Origin: Eledone cirrhosa
Taxonomy: Eukaryota
Assembly: GCA_964016885.1 (NCBI GenBank)
Contig: OZ024746.1
Location: 49,476,001 to 49,540,000 of the forward strand
DNA length: 64,000 nt
Reading direction: 5' to 3'
Notes under the pieces: model-generated
Told to the model about the DNA's origin: nothing
Seen by the model: the letters and a program-made list of their open reading frames with translations, nothing else
The model's database searches: none
Translations under genes and position numbers: made by a program
In this document: piece by piece, positions 28,701 to 41,872 of the stretch
Layout of the letters: every line of letters begins with the position of its first letter
Numbering within the stretch: the stretch's first letter is position 1

Positions 28701-29771
28701 AACAATATTTGTTTACATTTCTATTGACGTCAGCCCTGATGTTATAACATCAAATACAAATATTTATATACAATGTACATGTTTTATGATTAGCTGAATC
28801 TTCTTAAATCAGAACTGAATTTCATATTTCAGATTGTTCCAACGATTGAACTTAAGACAACATATTCGCATATTCTTTTACTCTTTTACCATGATGAGGC
28901 ACCACCTTAAAGGACTTAGTTGATCATATCGAACTCCAGTGCATGTTTTCTTTTTTTTTTCAGTGTGCTGCCTATTTTAACGATCGCTTATGAGGCTTAA
29001 ACAATAAATGAATCACTGTCACAGGTACCAGTACACACACACACACACACGTCGTATATACATAATGCATATATAAATATATATATATGTGTGTGTGTGT
29101 GCGTGTGTGTGTGTGTGTGCGTGTGCGTGTGTGTGTGCATGTGAACAATCGGAAACGTAAAGCTTCGTGTTGTGATTCAAGATTCTCTTAAAATATACAC
29201 ACACACATTTACACGCACACACATACAGACATGCAGGAGAACAGATATATACATATATATGTGTGTGGAGGGTGAGTGTGCGCGCGTGTGTGTGTATGTG
29301 TGTGTGTGTGTACTTTCTGCTTGTTCCAGTTGTATAAATATTACCTTTGAATAAAATATATATCAGTGATGGATGTAAAAATTTGCGAGAAATCAGAAAT
29401 GAAAAAAAAATGTCTTTGAGATATTTGTTCTCCACCAAGATGCAGATATACCTTTGTCATCCTATTCGTCAGAAATGCTAGACTTAAGGATTTCCTCTTT
29501 GGAGACATGTAGTCATGTTATAAAACAAATTAGTATTTTTAGCGATATAATCGACAAAAAATATATTACCACATACGCATGCTAGACAGTAGTACTTAGT
29601 TATGTCACTTTACGCTCTCAGCACAAATCTCTCCATGGTCGTATTTTCCATTCATCTTTCTTGAGTCAATAAAATATGTAGAGATCAACTAAATACGTAA
29701 GTCGATCCAATGTGTTGTCCGATTTCTTATATTAGAAATCCATATTTCTTGGTGAGATTTAATGAATTTAT

Positions 29772-29802
<31 letters not shown>

Positions 29803-29812
29803 AATATATACA

Positions 29813-29855
<43 letters not shown>

Positions 29856-29898
29856 GACGTAAATAAGAAAATTATGAAAATCGACTTACTAAGATTTC

Positions 29899-29979
29899 AC
29901 TCCAACTAATTAGTTTCTGTAAAGGAATAAATATGGTTACGGAACGTACCCACAGAGAAACCTTACGTCATCAGGGAGT
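29899..29979 (-). ncRNA. Type-I hammerhead ribozyme motif (subfamily B)
   Basis: actcc-CTGATGA-c-gtaagg..ctttac-a-GAAA-CTAATTAG-TT-ggagt; perfect 5-bp helix I. Confidence 0.82.
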
Positions 29980-30424
29980 CTATTCTCAGCTAAGCTTCCA
30001 GGCAATGCGAGGACACTGGGAACTTATATAAAAATAATTCAGTGGATGGAAAAAAGCGAGCGGGGACTAAATTCCAAGACATTGAAAAAATTCACTGCCT
30101 ACTTGGTCAGTGGCAAATTCAAATGAATCAATCACGTGACACTGAGGTTAATCAGTGAGGAGTGGAGTGCTAATAAGACAAGGGCCTAGCCACTACCATG
30201 AACCATAGTAGTAATTTCGGCAAGTTTTGCTCAACAAATAATTTGGAGATAATTATAAAGAATTAGTATATCTACCAACATATGTATACAGATGCATACC
30301 TATGCTAGCAAATATATATGTTTTGTCTTAGTAACTTTGTGGTTCTATGCAAGGGGATGCAGAACAATTATATGAAAGACGTAAACAAGAAAATTATGAA
30401 AATCGACTTACTTACTAAGATTTC

Positions 30425-30505
30425 ACTCCAACTAATTAGTTTCTGTAAGGGAATAAATATGGTTACGGAACGTACCCACAGAGAAACCTTATGTCATCAG
30501 GGAGT
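30425..30505 (-). ncRNA. Type-I hammerhead ribozyme motif (subfamily B, second copy)
   Basis: Tandem copy 526 nt away. Confidence 0.78.
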
Positions 30506-31004
30506 CTATTCTTAGCTAAGCTTCCAGGCAATGCGAGGACACTGGGAACTTATATAAAAATAATTCAGTGGATGGAAAAAAGCGAGCGGGGACTAAATTC
30601 CAAGACATTGAAAAAATTCACTGCCTACTTGGTCTACATATGTTGGTAGATATACTAATTCTTTATAATTACCTCCAAATTATTTGTTGAGCAAAACTTG
30701 CCGAAATTACTACTATGGTTCATGGTAGTGGCTAGGCCCTTATCTTATTAGCACTCTACTCCTCACTGATTAACCTCAGTGTCACGTGATTGATTCTTTT
30801 GAATTTGCCACTGACGAAGTAGGCAGTGAATTTTTCAATGTCTTGGAATTTAGTCCCCGCTCGCTTTTTTCCATTCTTATTTACGTCTTTCATATAATTG
30901 TTCTGCAACCCCTTGCATAGAACCACAAAGTTACTAAGACAAAACATATATATTTGCTAGCATAGGTAAGCATCTGTATACATATGTTGGTAGATATACT
31001 AATT

Positions 31005-31049
<45 letters not shown>

Positions 31050-31434
31050 CTGTGAAATAAAAATATCACAATATGAATTATTATTGGGAAGGCATATTAA
31101 TGAATGTTGGTGAAACAGGAGAATATAAATCAAGATATCATATATAAATATGTGTAGAAACACAGCAGTCAATTTTCTTAAAGTATGTCTTTGAAGAATA
31201 ATTTTAGCATCTGCAGCCAAGGAAATATTGTGAAAGTCATAAAAAGAAAATATAATGAATGCGGCACATTCCTCATGTATCTTTACTGCAAATTTTATGT
31301 TCATTGTGATATTATGCAAGAGATTCGCAACACGCAAAAGAAGATTTTGGGAATTTGCCTTTAGTTTGAAACAGCAGGAGAGCAATATAAAACTTATTCC
31401 CATTACTTTACGAAGCATTAAATAATATAAATAA

Positions 31435-31622
31435 TTGTTTCTACTTTAGGCACAAGGCCAGCAATTACCCAATGCATTACTGGTATTTTATTTTATCGAC
31501 CCCGTAAGGATGAAAGGCAAAGTCAACCTCGGCGGCATTTGAACTCAGATCGTAAAGGGACGTAACTATGCTGGAAAGCATGGCGTCCGACCCTCTACTG
31601 ATACTGCCAATCCACCGCCCTT
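31435..31622 (-). mobile_element. SINE, full length
   Basis: A/B boxes, core and tail on minus strand. Confidence 0.88.
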
Positions 31623-31738
31623 TAGTAAATGATATAAATAATATGAATATATTTGTAGAAGAGGGAGAGAAGGATTTTGAGAAATGGATGAAGGTACGAG
31701 TGAATTAAATGGGAAAGATGGAACAAAGATAATGGTAG

Positions 31739-31789
<51 letters not shown>

Positions 31790-32339
31790 GACGCACACAC
31801 AGAGACACACATATATATATTTATATATATATATATATATATATATTTGATTTTAAGAATAGATTACAGTTTAAGCAAAGAATCGCTGCTTTCAGCCTTA
31901 ACGGGATGTTCTGAAACTCATATAATAACTAGAGATTGATTAACATATAAATAAACATGAATAATCACAGGAGATAATTTTTACAAGTGTGTAACCACTA
32001 AATAAAGTTGACCAGAACTTCAAAAATAGATACCTTATAATATGATTGATCTTCCCTGTATATATTCCATTAAAGAAATATATTTCACCAATTAATCAGA
32101 TGGTAAACCACAGAAGTGAAGACTTGGATTTTCAACAAGGAAGAAGTTCCAGCAATCCGTGTTTACACTTCAAGTTCAAATCAGCGACTGGCCAGTACCA
32201 CGTGTAGTATTTACTAGAAATACACACATCATACTAGATTCGTCCCAGTGGCGTGAATAGGGTTATCGAAAACTAGAAACAGCAGTCGAGTCCTTTCAAC
32301 AGAGTTAGCTCTACAATTAAGGAGCCGTATTTATATATC

Positions 32340-32524
32340 TATATCCAAAATTAAGACAAATCAAATGAATTTAATTTAAATCAAAATTATGGGTGTCATG
32401 CCAGAAAGACATGCGCCATATCACCCGCAAAATAAGGTCTAAGATTCTGATATGGCGTATGTCTTTCTGGCATGACACCCATAATTTTGATTTAAATTAA
32501 ATTCATTTCATTTATCTTAATTTT

Positions 32525-32530
<6 letters not shown>
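32340..32530. repeat. Fold-back inverted repeat (~85-bp arms) next to (TA)n
   Basis: atatccaaaattaaga..gacatgcgccatatca / tgatatggcgtatgtc..tcttaattttggatat. Confidence 0.85.
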
Positions 32531-32582
<52 letters not shown>

Positions 32583-32675
32583 TATGAAACATATAAATTA
32601 TATATGAATAATCCTTATCGAGGCTTCTTTGGATTTTAGTCTTCACATTTATTATTACTATTATTACTATATATT

Positions 32676-32757
<82 letters not shown>

Positions 32758-33473
32758 CGTACGTATTGAATATCTAACAAGATATGCGATGTTTCTGAAA
32801 AACATTTTGAAGGCCTTTCGCTATGAATTTGAAGGTTGTGACGAGCGTCATATACCTAGCTTCAGCAAAATCAGGGGAAAGTAATCGACGATGCCATTGT
32901 TTCTCACTCATAAGAGGTTATCAAGATTACATATCTCCCCACTTTTGCTGAAGCTAAACTAATCTGGATTCTTACAGAATTCTGCGTATGTTTATGAACT
33001 GATGTGGAGGTTTATATAGAAATTGAGTAAACATATATAACAATAACAATGAAATAATGAAAAACAGAGATGAGTAGATTGAATATCAAAAAAGAAGAGG
33101 GGGGAGGTATATGCTCAAAGAAATAGTGGGAAATGCGTAGGCAGAAAAGGGGGCAATATTCAGAGAGAGAATGGAATACATAGAGAGGCAGGGGTAAATA
33201 AAGAGAGAAAACATGTATACATACAGACAGATAGATAGGTAGATATATAAATAGATATATTTCTTTATTTACCATAAAGGCATAAAAAAAGGGACAAATA
33301 CAAAGGGGGAGTTTACATACAATCGAGTAAAAAGGGTATAAAATGAAAATAATCGAAAACAACCTCAAAAGGGAGGGGACGTGATGGGGGTTGCACACAC
33401 CCCCGAAAAAGTGTGCAATCCTTTGCCCAGGGAGCACATGGAGCAGGTGCTCCCCTCTCCTTCACTTCTTTAC

Positions 33474-35196
33474 CTACAGGATGGTATACAGAGAAGGCCC
33501 ATTTACACGAGCCATTCTCGCCACTATCACCCACCTTACATACAACTGCCTGTGGCCAAGCACCTCTCTCTCCATTCTTATCCTTCTTCCGAAGTGATAT
33601 CGGAAGAAGTAGACCAGACTATGGCCAGAGAGGAAGTTGTCTGACCTCAGACCTTTCAATCGTGTCCACCAAACAACCTCTTTCAATATGGCTATTACGC
33701 ACAGAAAAACCGCCTTTGCTTCCTTTGTGAAGAGGGGAGGCGGTTTGATTGTCATCACGGACTCGGCGGTCAATTGAATCGGCGCCACCCGCAGCAGCAG
33801 TCGTTCGGCGTAGCCCCACAGATCAGCCACGCCCGGACATTGCACCAATGCGTGCGCAACGGTTTCTTCGTGACGCACGCATCTAGGGCAAATCTTTTTC
33901 GAGGGATCCCTGCCCGGGCGCCCGTGTCTGTAGAGCCTCTCTCGAACGGGTAGAGCCCCCCGGTAGCACTGCCAGGCTAGTGACTTCTGGAAGTTGTCCA
34001 TTGGTCCCGGGCCGAAAGTCCTACCGAACAGGCTGGCCAGTTCGTCCTCTTCCATGTCCAGCGACTCTCCAAGGGTGTCATCGCCCCTGCTAGCCACCAG
34101 CCCTCTATAGAATGACGAGGTGAATTCTCCACCGATGGCCGGGTACGCTTGCCAGAGAGCCCTGAGCGCCTGGGCACACTCAGTGTGCCAGTCGCCCAGT
34201 TTTCCGGATCTTTGCTTGACCCAGGACTGCAGCTCGGTGAGCGAGACGAGTCTCGGAAAGGCTCGTTTCACGAACGGAGCCCACACCGGTTGACCAGTGA
34301 GGAATACCTGTAGGTGCCGTAGCCTTAATGCTTGCCTACGCATCATCAACCACGGCAACCCCAGCCCTCCTTTCGAAGGTTGTTGGCAGCAGATGGATCT
34401 TCTCACCATAGGAGGGCGCTTTTTCCAAAGAAATTGAAAGAGCATGCGTTCCATGGTGGTGAGTGTTTCCTTAGGGCAAGGCACGACAGTCAGGCGGTAG
34501 TAGATGACGGACGCTATGTAAATGTTCACCACCTCCGCTCGACCTTTCAGGGACAGCCTACACTTAGCCCATTTCTTGGTCAGTGCAAACACCTTGCTCG
34601 TAACCTCTCCCCAGTTCTTTTCCACTTGGAGGTCCGGTCCAAACCAGACCCCAAGCAACTTCACCGGGCCCTCCGTCCAGTGTCCGACGACACCGTCGGG
34701 AGGCATCGGTCTGCCTCTCCACGTTCCGAGTTGCAGCCCGGTTCCGTTTCGCTCCTGACAACCTTTCGTATTCCTCCAGTAAGGTACCGATCGCCTCGAT
34801 CTCCGAGTCGGTCGATACCATTACTGTTACGTCATCGGCTTAGGCCGACACCGCTTTGTTCAATCCTGGTTCCTGTCTCAAGGCCGCACCTCCACTACTG
34901 CCAACGTCTAGCACCAACAAACGACCTTCCGGGTCAGAGTGAACAACCTGTACGGCAAGACCCAGGTGTTTTTCCAGCAGTACGACAACCCCACCCCCAC
35001 CTCCAGGTTGACAGAGAGATGCGTGCACCTAAAAGTCATCGAAGGTAGGGGCCAGCTGCCGCACGACACTGATCCGAGTCTCACAGATAACCATCACATT
35101 TATACCACGTGACCTGAGGTCATTTAGAAGTTTTACTTGCTTCCAAGTTGAGCCCAGGCCACGTGCATTCAAACATCCTACTCTTAACACATCCAT
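33474..35196 (-). pseudogene. Tx1-like ORF2 (APE N-terminus fused by deletion to RT domain 5 onward and C-terminal zinc finger)
   Basis: MDVLRVGCLNARGLG..VICETR, GGGVVVLL, DPEGRLLVLDV, then A*ADDVTV (YADD destroyed), VKLLGVWFG, LSLKGRAEVVN, KGGLGLP, CPRC..EETVAHALVQCP. Confidence 0.88.
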
Positions 35197-35998
35197 GTGG
35201 GCGGCAAAGCCAAAGGAGAGTGTAGAGACCTACCTTTCTGCTTCCCGGGGTTCGGGTCGTACGACTTCCATGGGGTAGGGGGTGTTGGATGAAGGGGTGT
35301 CTTGTGGTGGTGTGGGGTCGTCAGTGTGTGGTGGGGTTGGGGTGTTTGGAGTTGTGTTGGGGAGGGGAAGGGGAGGGGGAAAGCTTTTTAGGAGGACGTG
35401 GTTTATGGGTTTGACAGAGGGTGGTCCTTCGTCCTCCTTAAAATCCTTTTTTAGTTTTTGGTAGAGGTTTATTGGGATCTTTATTAATTTTAAATGTGGG
35501 TAGTTTTCTGAAGAAACAAAGTTTACCCCTTCGGTTTGTACCGAAGGGTTATTGTTTATGAGTTCATTTAATTTATTATTGTTTCTCTTGATGTAAGTAT
35601 AGTGTAATGTCTATTTTTCGGATATGTGTGAGTGTCTCGAAGAGGGGAGGGGCAGGCTTGGTTTTGTTTGTTGCTGGAGGGGTGTTTTGTGTTTTGTTGG
35701 ATTGTGTTGACATTTGGGTGGGGGTTGTTTGGCCTTGTGTGTTTTGCACATGTTTTCTTTTTTTCCTTTTAATCTGTCTGAAGGACTCCGTTTCTTCCTC
35801 CGAATTCGTTGGGTTATCTTCAGTATTGGAGGGAAGATGTATGTTTGCTGGTAATGTTTCCGTGTTAGTTTTCTTTGTGGGGGAGATGGATGTAACTATG
35901 TTAGACCGTGTTATGTGTCGTGGCTGCGGTGGTTGTGTTGTTTTATTGAGTGAGGGGTTGGGTGGGACTGTGTTTTGTTTTTGGGTAATGTGTTGTGT

Positions 35999-36817
35999 CT
36001 ATTTGTGCTGTGGTGGTGGTGTGGTTTTACTGAGGGACAGGTTGGGTGGGACTGAGTTTTGTTGTTTGTTTATCTGTTGTGGTGGTGGTGGTGGAGCTGG
36101 TGTTGGTAGCAGGGTTTTCTTCTTGTTGAGTTGGGGACAAGCCGCCTTCAGGTGCCCTCTGCCTGCACAGATATGACAGGACGGCCTTCTCCCCTCCACG
36201 CTAATGTTTATATACCCGTGGCCCTCTAATAGGATTCTGTCGGGTATTTGGGCAATGCGTTCAGGCTTCATTTGCACTACAAGTTCTATACCTGTTCCAC
36301 TGAACGCATTGCCTATGGTTTTCCCAATGGAAATAACGTTGTCATTCGCTGGATCGATGAAGCCAGCTATGAGCCAGCAGTAGTCCATATCTGGCATCAT
36401 CGCATCCAGCCATATGCGCTGAGTTCTTTTACCCATATAAGATGGATAAAAGGTAAAATTTGTCGAACGAATCGGCGACAAAGCATATTTTTTCGCCGCC
36501 GATTCGTTTTTCATAATAATGGCCAGGCTTCCATAGAGCCTGTCTCTTCTTATGAAAGTGGCTTCATTAAGTACTTCTCTAAGTACCGCTTTAATTTCTG
36601 CTTGTGTTGGTTGTTGTGGCTTTTTTGAGATGTTGTTGATGGTGCGGAAAACGACCGTCCGACTTTCAATATCTTTGGTGAGTTTTGGGGGCATTTTTAC
36701 TGACAAGGCTCCATTTTCCCCTTGAGTTATGAATTGTTTGGCGTTTTTTATTCTTTGTGCCACATCTGAAATAATTTCAGGTATGTATGTTAAATATTTT
36801 TTTGTTTGTTTGTGCAA
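35999..36817 (-). pseudogene. Tx1-like ORF1 (gag-like, zinc knuckle), interrupted; probably extended on both sides originally
   Basis: VEGRRPSCHICAGRGHLKAACP = CX2CX4HX4C, upstream of ORF2. Confidence 0.8.
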
Positions 36818-37386
36818 ATGAGATGTTATTGGTGTTGACTTTGTCGTCTGTTTTGCTTTCTGTTATGATGTTGTTGTTTTCAAATGTTATTTTTGTGTTT
36901 GTTGTTTCTTTGTTTGTGGTATTAATATTGTCATGCAATTCTTTCAAATTTGTTGTTGTTGTTGGAATCAATCTCCAGATTTGTGTTTTCGTCGACATTT
37001 TTCTCCGCACATTCGTCTGTTTTCATTTTATTTTTTCTTTCCTTCTCTATGACGTTAGTTGGGAAGGAAGGGGGGACTAAAGCGTGCGAGCTTACAACTC
37101 TTACCGCTGTCCCCCACCACTATTTTCGTTAGCTTCGTTTAACATTTCTCCCAGACGATTGAAATTTTATGCAACAAAATTTTTAAAAACAGGTTTTTCA
37201 CCCCTGGGAGGGGCGAAAATGAGCTGACACACCGCCTGACAGTTCAGACGGGGGGTCAAGCTACACAACAGTATCAAAATTAAAATTAAACTTACAAAAT
37301 TCACGCAATAAATTGGAACAAAACTTGTGCGCGAAGTGAATTACGTCTACGCTATCGAACAGACGACAGCTAGATTATAGATATAC

Positions 37387-37387
<1 letters not shown>

Positions 37388-37454
<67 letters not shown>
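37388..37454. repeat. (GATA)n microsatellite
   Basis: Direct reading. Confidence 0.95.
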
Positions 37455-37455
<1 letters not shown>

Positions 37456-38538
37456 TCTTTGATTTGTGTAGACTAAACTTTCATTCTTCGTATTAGAACA
37501 TTTTCTTTTTGCTTCCAGTTTGAAGCGTTTTTCAGCAGTAAAATTTTGTTTTGCGTCAAAGATCTAATCTGTGTGGAATATAATCGGATTACACTTTAAA
37601 TTCACAGCCAACTGTAAACTTGGAATACTATTTTCTTGTCTGCTGCATTTAGTATTTATTTGACATATGTGTTGGTGACTAGATATGTGCAATATTATTA
37701 ACTCACCAATAATTTTATTTGTATATTTAACATTTATATCATGTGATAAATAACACTTACAAGGTATGAAAGCATATAACATCTGCAAGAAATAATAGTC
37801 AAATATTTTCTAATCAAAATGCTGAAAAATGAAACAACATTTTGAACAGTGTAGTTCACAGCACAGAAAACAACGAGTTCATACTTGCTGGAATACCTTT
37901 GATCAGAGATTTACTTGATCAAAACTGACTTAGGGATAAGCTACAGAAACACTACAGAAACACGTACTCGGTCGCTTGAGCTACTAGATGAAGGAAGAAA
38001 AAACCAACACTGAATCATTTAAATCCAGATGTAGTATGTATTATGAGCGGTAAATTTACAAACTCATTGGAAAGTTCAAATCCCGTCGAGATCAACATTA
38101 CCTTTCACCTTTTCGAGGTCAATAAAAACAAGTACCTCTCCTGTATTAGAGTCAATTATTCCTCTATATCTATTATTCACCCCCCTCTCTCTCTCCACCT
38201 CTCTTGAAGAAATTGACAGTATTTATACCTGGCGAAGACATATATATATATTGGATTTTTTATTATGCATGACCTACGTGTACGAAAAAAAAAAGGTTTC
38301 TAACACTTTAATGGAAATAAAGATTATTAAATAACAATCCGTGCCCATAAATCTTACCGTACTCATGTCTGATAGCATATTCGATAATACCCATCGATGC
38401 ATAACGATTTCCACTTATTATTTTCCTAATCTACAGAAATAAGTATGAGACTGCATTTATGTGTATACGTGTGTCATGATTGCGTAAATATACACATTCA
38501 TGAGAGTGCCTGTGTGTTTGGGTTCTTGAGGGTGCATG

Positions 38539-38571
<33 letters not shown>

Positions 38572-38941
38572 ATATGCGTCCGTGTGTGTGTGTGCGTGTG
38601 TGTTTTTGTGGGGGGCGGATTTCTGTGAATATTAGTAAAATCGATATATATTAGTGTTTGTTTAGTATTGTTGCTGTTTGTATCATTTTCTGTCGTTTTT
38701 TTTATCAAATCCTTATTCTTCAAACTAAAGGAATTACACCATCACATATTTAAAATATACAAAAGATAAAACATTTCCTATGATAAGATTATAGAAGGTC
38801 GATAAGTAAAAATCCAATAAAGAGAAGACGCGTGAAGTACCCAATCAATATTTTGTAAGACCAGATGATGTTTTCGTAGGATATGAATATTTCCAGTAAA
38901 TTTTATTACGGTGATAAACCCGTTACACACACACACACACA

Positions 38942-39029
<88 letters not shown>

Positions 39030-39089
39030 AAATAGAAAAAATGAGGAAGTTTCGTTTACATATGAAAAATATTTATTGTGTATAGACCT

Positions 39090-39173
39090 ATTACGCGCGT
39101 TTCGCAGAGGATTGGCTCAAGGTGATCCATAGGGGTTATGGACCCGACTCTACTATCTATCTGCTCCGCAGAT
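39090..39173 (-). ncRNA. Degenerate type-I hammerhead motif (pLTR relic)
   Basis: at-CTGCGGA-gcaga..tctgc-GAAA-CGCGCG-TA-at, then AATAAA; A6 changed to C and helix I only 2 bp. Confidence 0.55.
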
Positions 39174-39627
39174 TTGTGTGTGTGTGTGTGTCTGTGTGTG
39201 TATAAATATCATGTGCCAGTAGGTTAGAGGAAGACAACTGGAAGGGTAAATTGCCCTAACGGTCAGGGTGGCCGTAGTATTTGAGTGGCCTCTCCAAGAG
39301 TAATCCTCGAAAGAATTTTCTTTGAAATTTTACTTTTATAATTTTTTGCAGTCACTTTTTTACACCCAAAAGCCATTCTATATCGGAGTCAACTTAGCAT
39401 TTCACCCTTCTGATTGCAACTATATAAAAGTGTCATGTACGGCGATATGCTGAGAGTCTTCTGTCCTAATTAAAGTCCATTGTTGTTATTTAAGTTATTA
39501 AGGTGGTGAATAATGAGTGACTGACCTAAATGTCTTGCTTTTGTTGTTGTGTAGAGGGTGGAGGAGGAGAAGAAAGAGGAAAAGGAGGAAATGGGAATGG
39601 TAAAGGTAGAAGCAGAGAAGAATCTCT

Positions 39628-40745
39628 CATGATGATGATGATGATGATAATGGTGGTAGTGGTGGTGTTGGTGGGGTTGGTGGTGGTGGTGTTGGTAGTG
39701 GTGGTTGTGGTAGTTGTGGTGGTGGTGGTGGTGATGATGATGATGATGATAATGATGATGCTGATGGTGGTAGTGGTGGTGTTGGTGGTGGCGGTGGCGG
39801 TGGTGGTGGTGGTTGTGGTACTGGTGGTGGTGGTGATAATGATGAAGATAATGATAATGATAATGATGATGATGATGATGATGTTTTTGTTGTTCTCGCT
39901 CATATTCTCGTGTGTATTGTCTTCTCGTTGTTCTTGCTCTTTTAAAGTAACCTTCATTATGATTTAATTAATAGAAACAATTATTAGATAATTATAAACT
40001 AGTGCTTGAGGTTTTGTTTTGTTTTTTGTTTATTTTCATTTATTGCTGTTTCTCTTCGTATTGTAATCAGTCGCCATTTTTCTCCGTGTTCTTCATCACC
40101 ATCATCACCATCATCGCCATCAGTAATAGCAGCGGTATCTTAACCATCAACAATATCGTCTTCACCATCACCACCACAACGATCATCCTCTACCTTCACC
40201 TCCTCTTCCTCATCATCATCATCATCCTCATCATCATCACCACCATAATCATTGCCATCACCATGATGATGATGATAATCATCATCATCCTCATCATCAC
40301 CATAATCATCATCATCACTATAATCACTATAATCATCATCATAGTTATCATCATCACCGTCGTTGTCGTCGTCGTCTTCATCATCATCATCATCATCATC
40401 ACCACCACCACCACCATTATCATCATCATCATCATTGTCATCAATATATTCATCATCATCATCATTATCACCACCATTACCATAATCATCACCATCATTA
40501 TAAACATCATCACCATCAGCATCATCATCAGTAGCAACTGCTGCTGTCATTTCTACCATCATCATTACTCTCATCACCATCATCATCATCGTCATCATCA
40601 TCACCATCAATATCATCATCATCATCACCATCAATATCATCATCATCACCATCATCATTATCATCATCATTATCCTCATCACCATTATCATCATCAGCTG
40701 TGTCATTTCCACCACCATCATCATCATCATCATCATCGTCGTCAT
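39628..40745. repeat. Degenerate trinucleotide tracts (GAT/GGT)n at 39628-39883 and (CAT/CAC)n at 40093-40745
   Basis: Direct reading; source of the poly-I/T/H/D ORFs. Confidence 0.92.
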
Positions 40746-41061
40746 TATAATGTTTCAGATGAGAATTAATAGTCATTAATTATTTCCGTGACTCTCAAGA
40801 TAAAGTTTGCATGACAAACGCGAAACGAACTCTAATTTTTAATAAGGCAACCTGTTTTACGTTAATGACTGCTAATTAAGAACATATTTTATTATCAGTT
40901 TCGAAACATCTATTTAAGAAACAATCTACCTAGTATTTACTACATAAAGTATAAATTAGTCTCAAATTGCTTTGGATAATAATAGAAACATTTTATATTT
41001 AGCTAATTAGTTACTTTCTCTAATTCTATACACGCACACACACACACAAACACCCACCCAT

Positions 41062-41144
<83 letters not shown>

Positions 41145-41145
41145 T

Positions 41146-41872
<727 letters not shown>

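Larger units (their letters stand above)
29851..31010. mobile_element. Second array of the HHR tandem unit (~526 bp, subfamily B) with inversion at ~30634
   Basis: Homologous to 10258-11980; about 1.5 units, then rearranged inverted pieces; (TA)n on both sides. Confidence 0.85.
33262..37370 (-). mobile_element. Tx1/L1-clade non-LTR retrotransposon, internally deleted
   Basis: ORF1 with CCHC knuckle; ORF2 with APE N-terminus, RT C-part and zf-RVT; AATAAAGAA 3' end at ~33262-33270. Confidence 0.88.

Noticed and set aside
30999-31418. 139-aa minus-strand ORF
   Set aside because: No recognisable motif; may be a decayed LINE tail, but this is not supportable.
34332-35048. 238-aa plus-strand ORF (also 54164-54373, 60807-61016, 13543-13989)
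   Set aside because: Antisense shadows of transposon ORFs.
39526-40776. Poly-Ile/His/Asp/Met ORFs up to 255 aa
   Set aside because: Degenerate trinucleotide repeats open in several frames on both strands.
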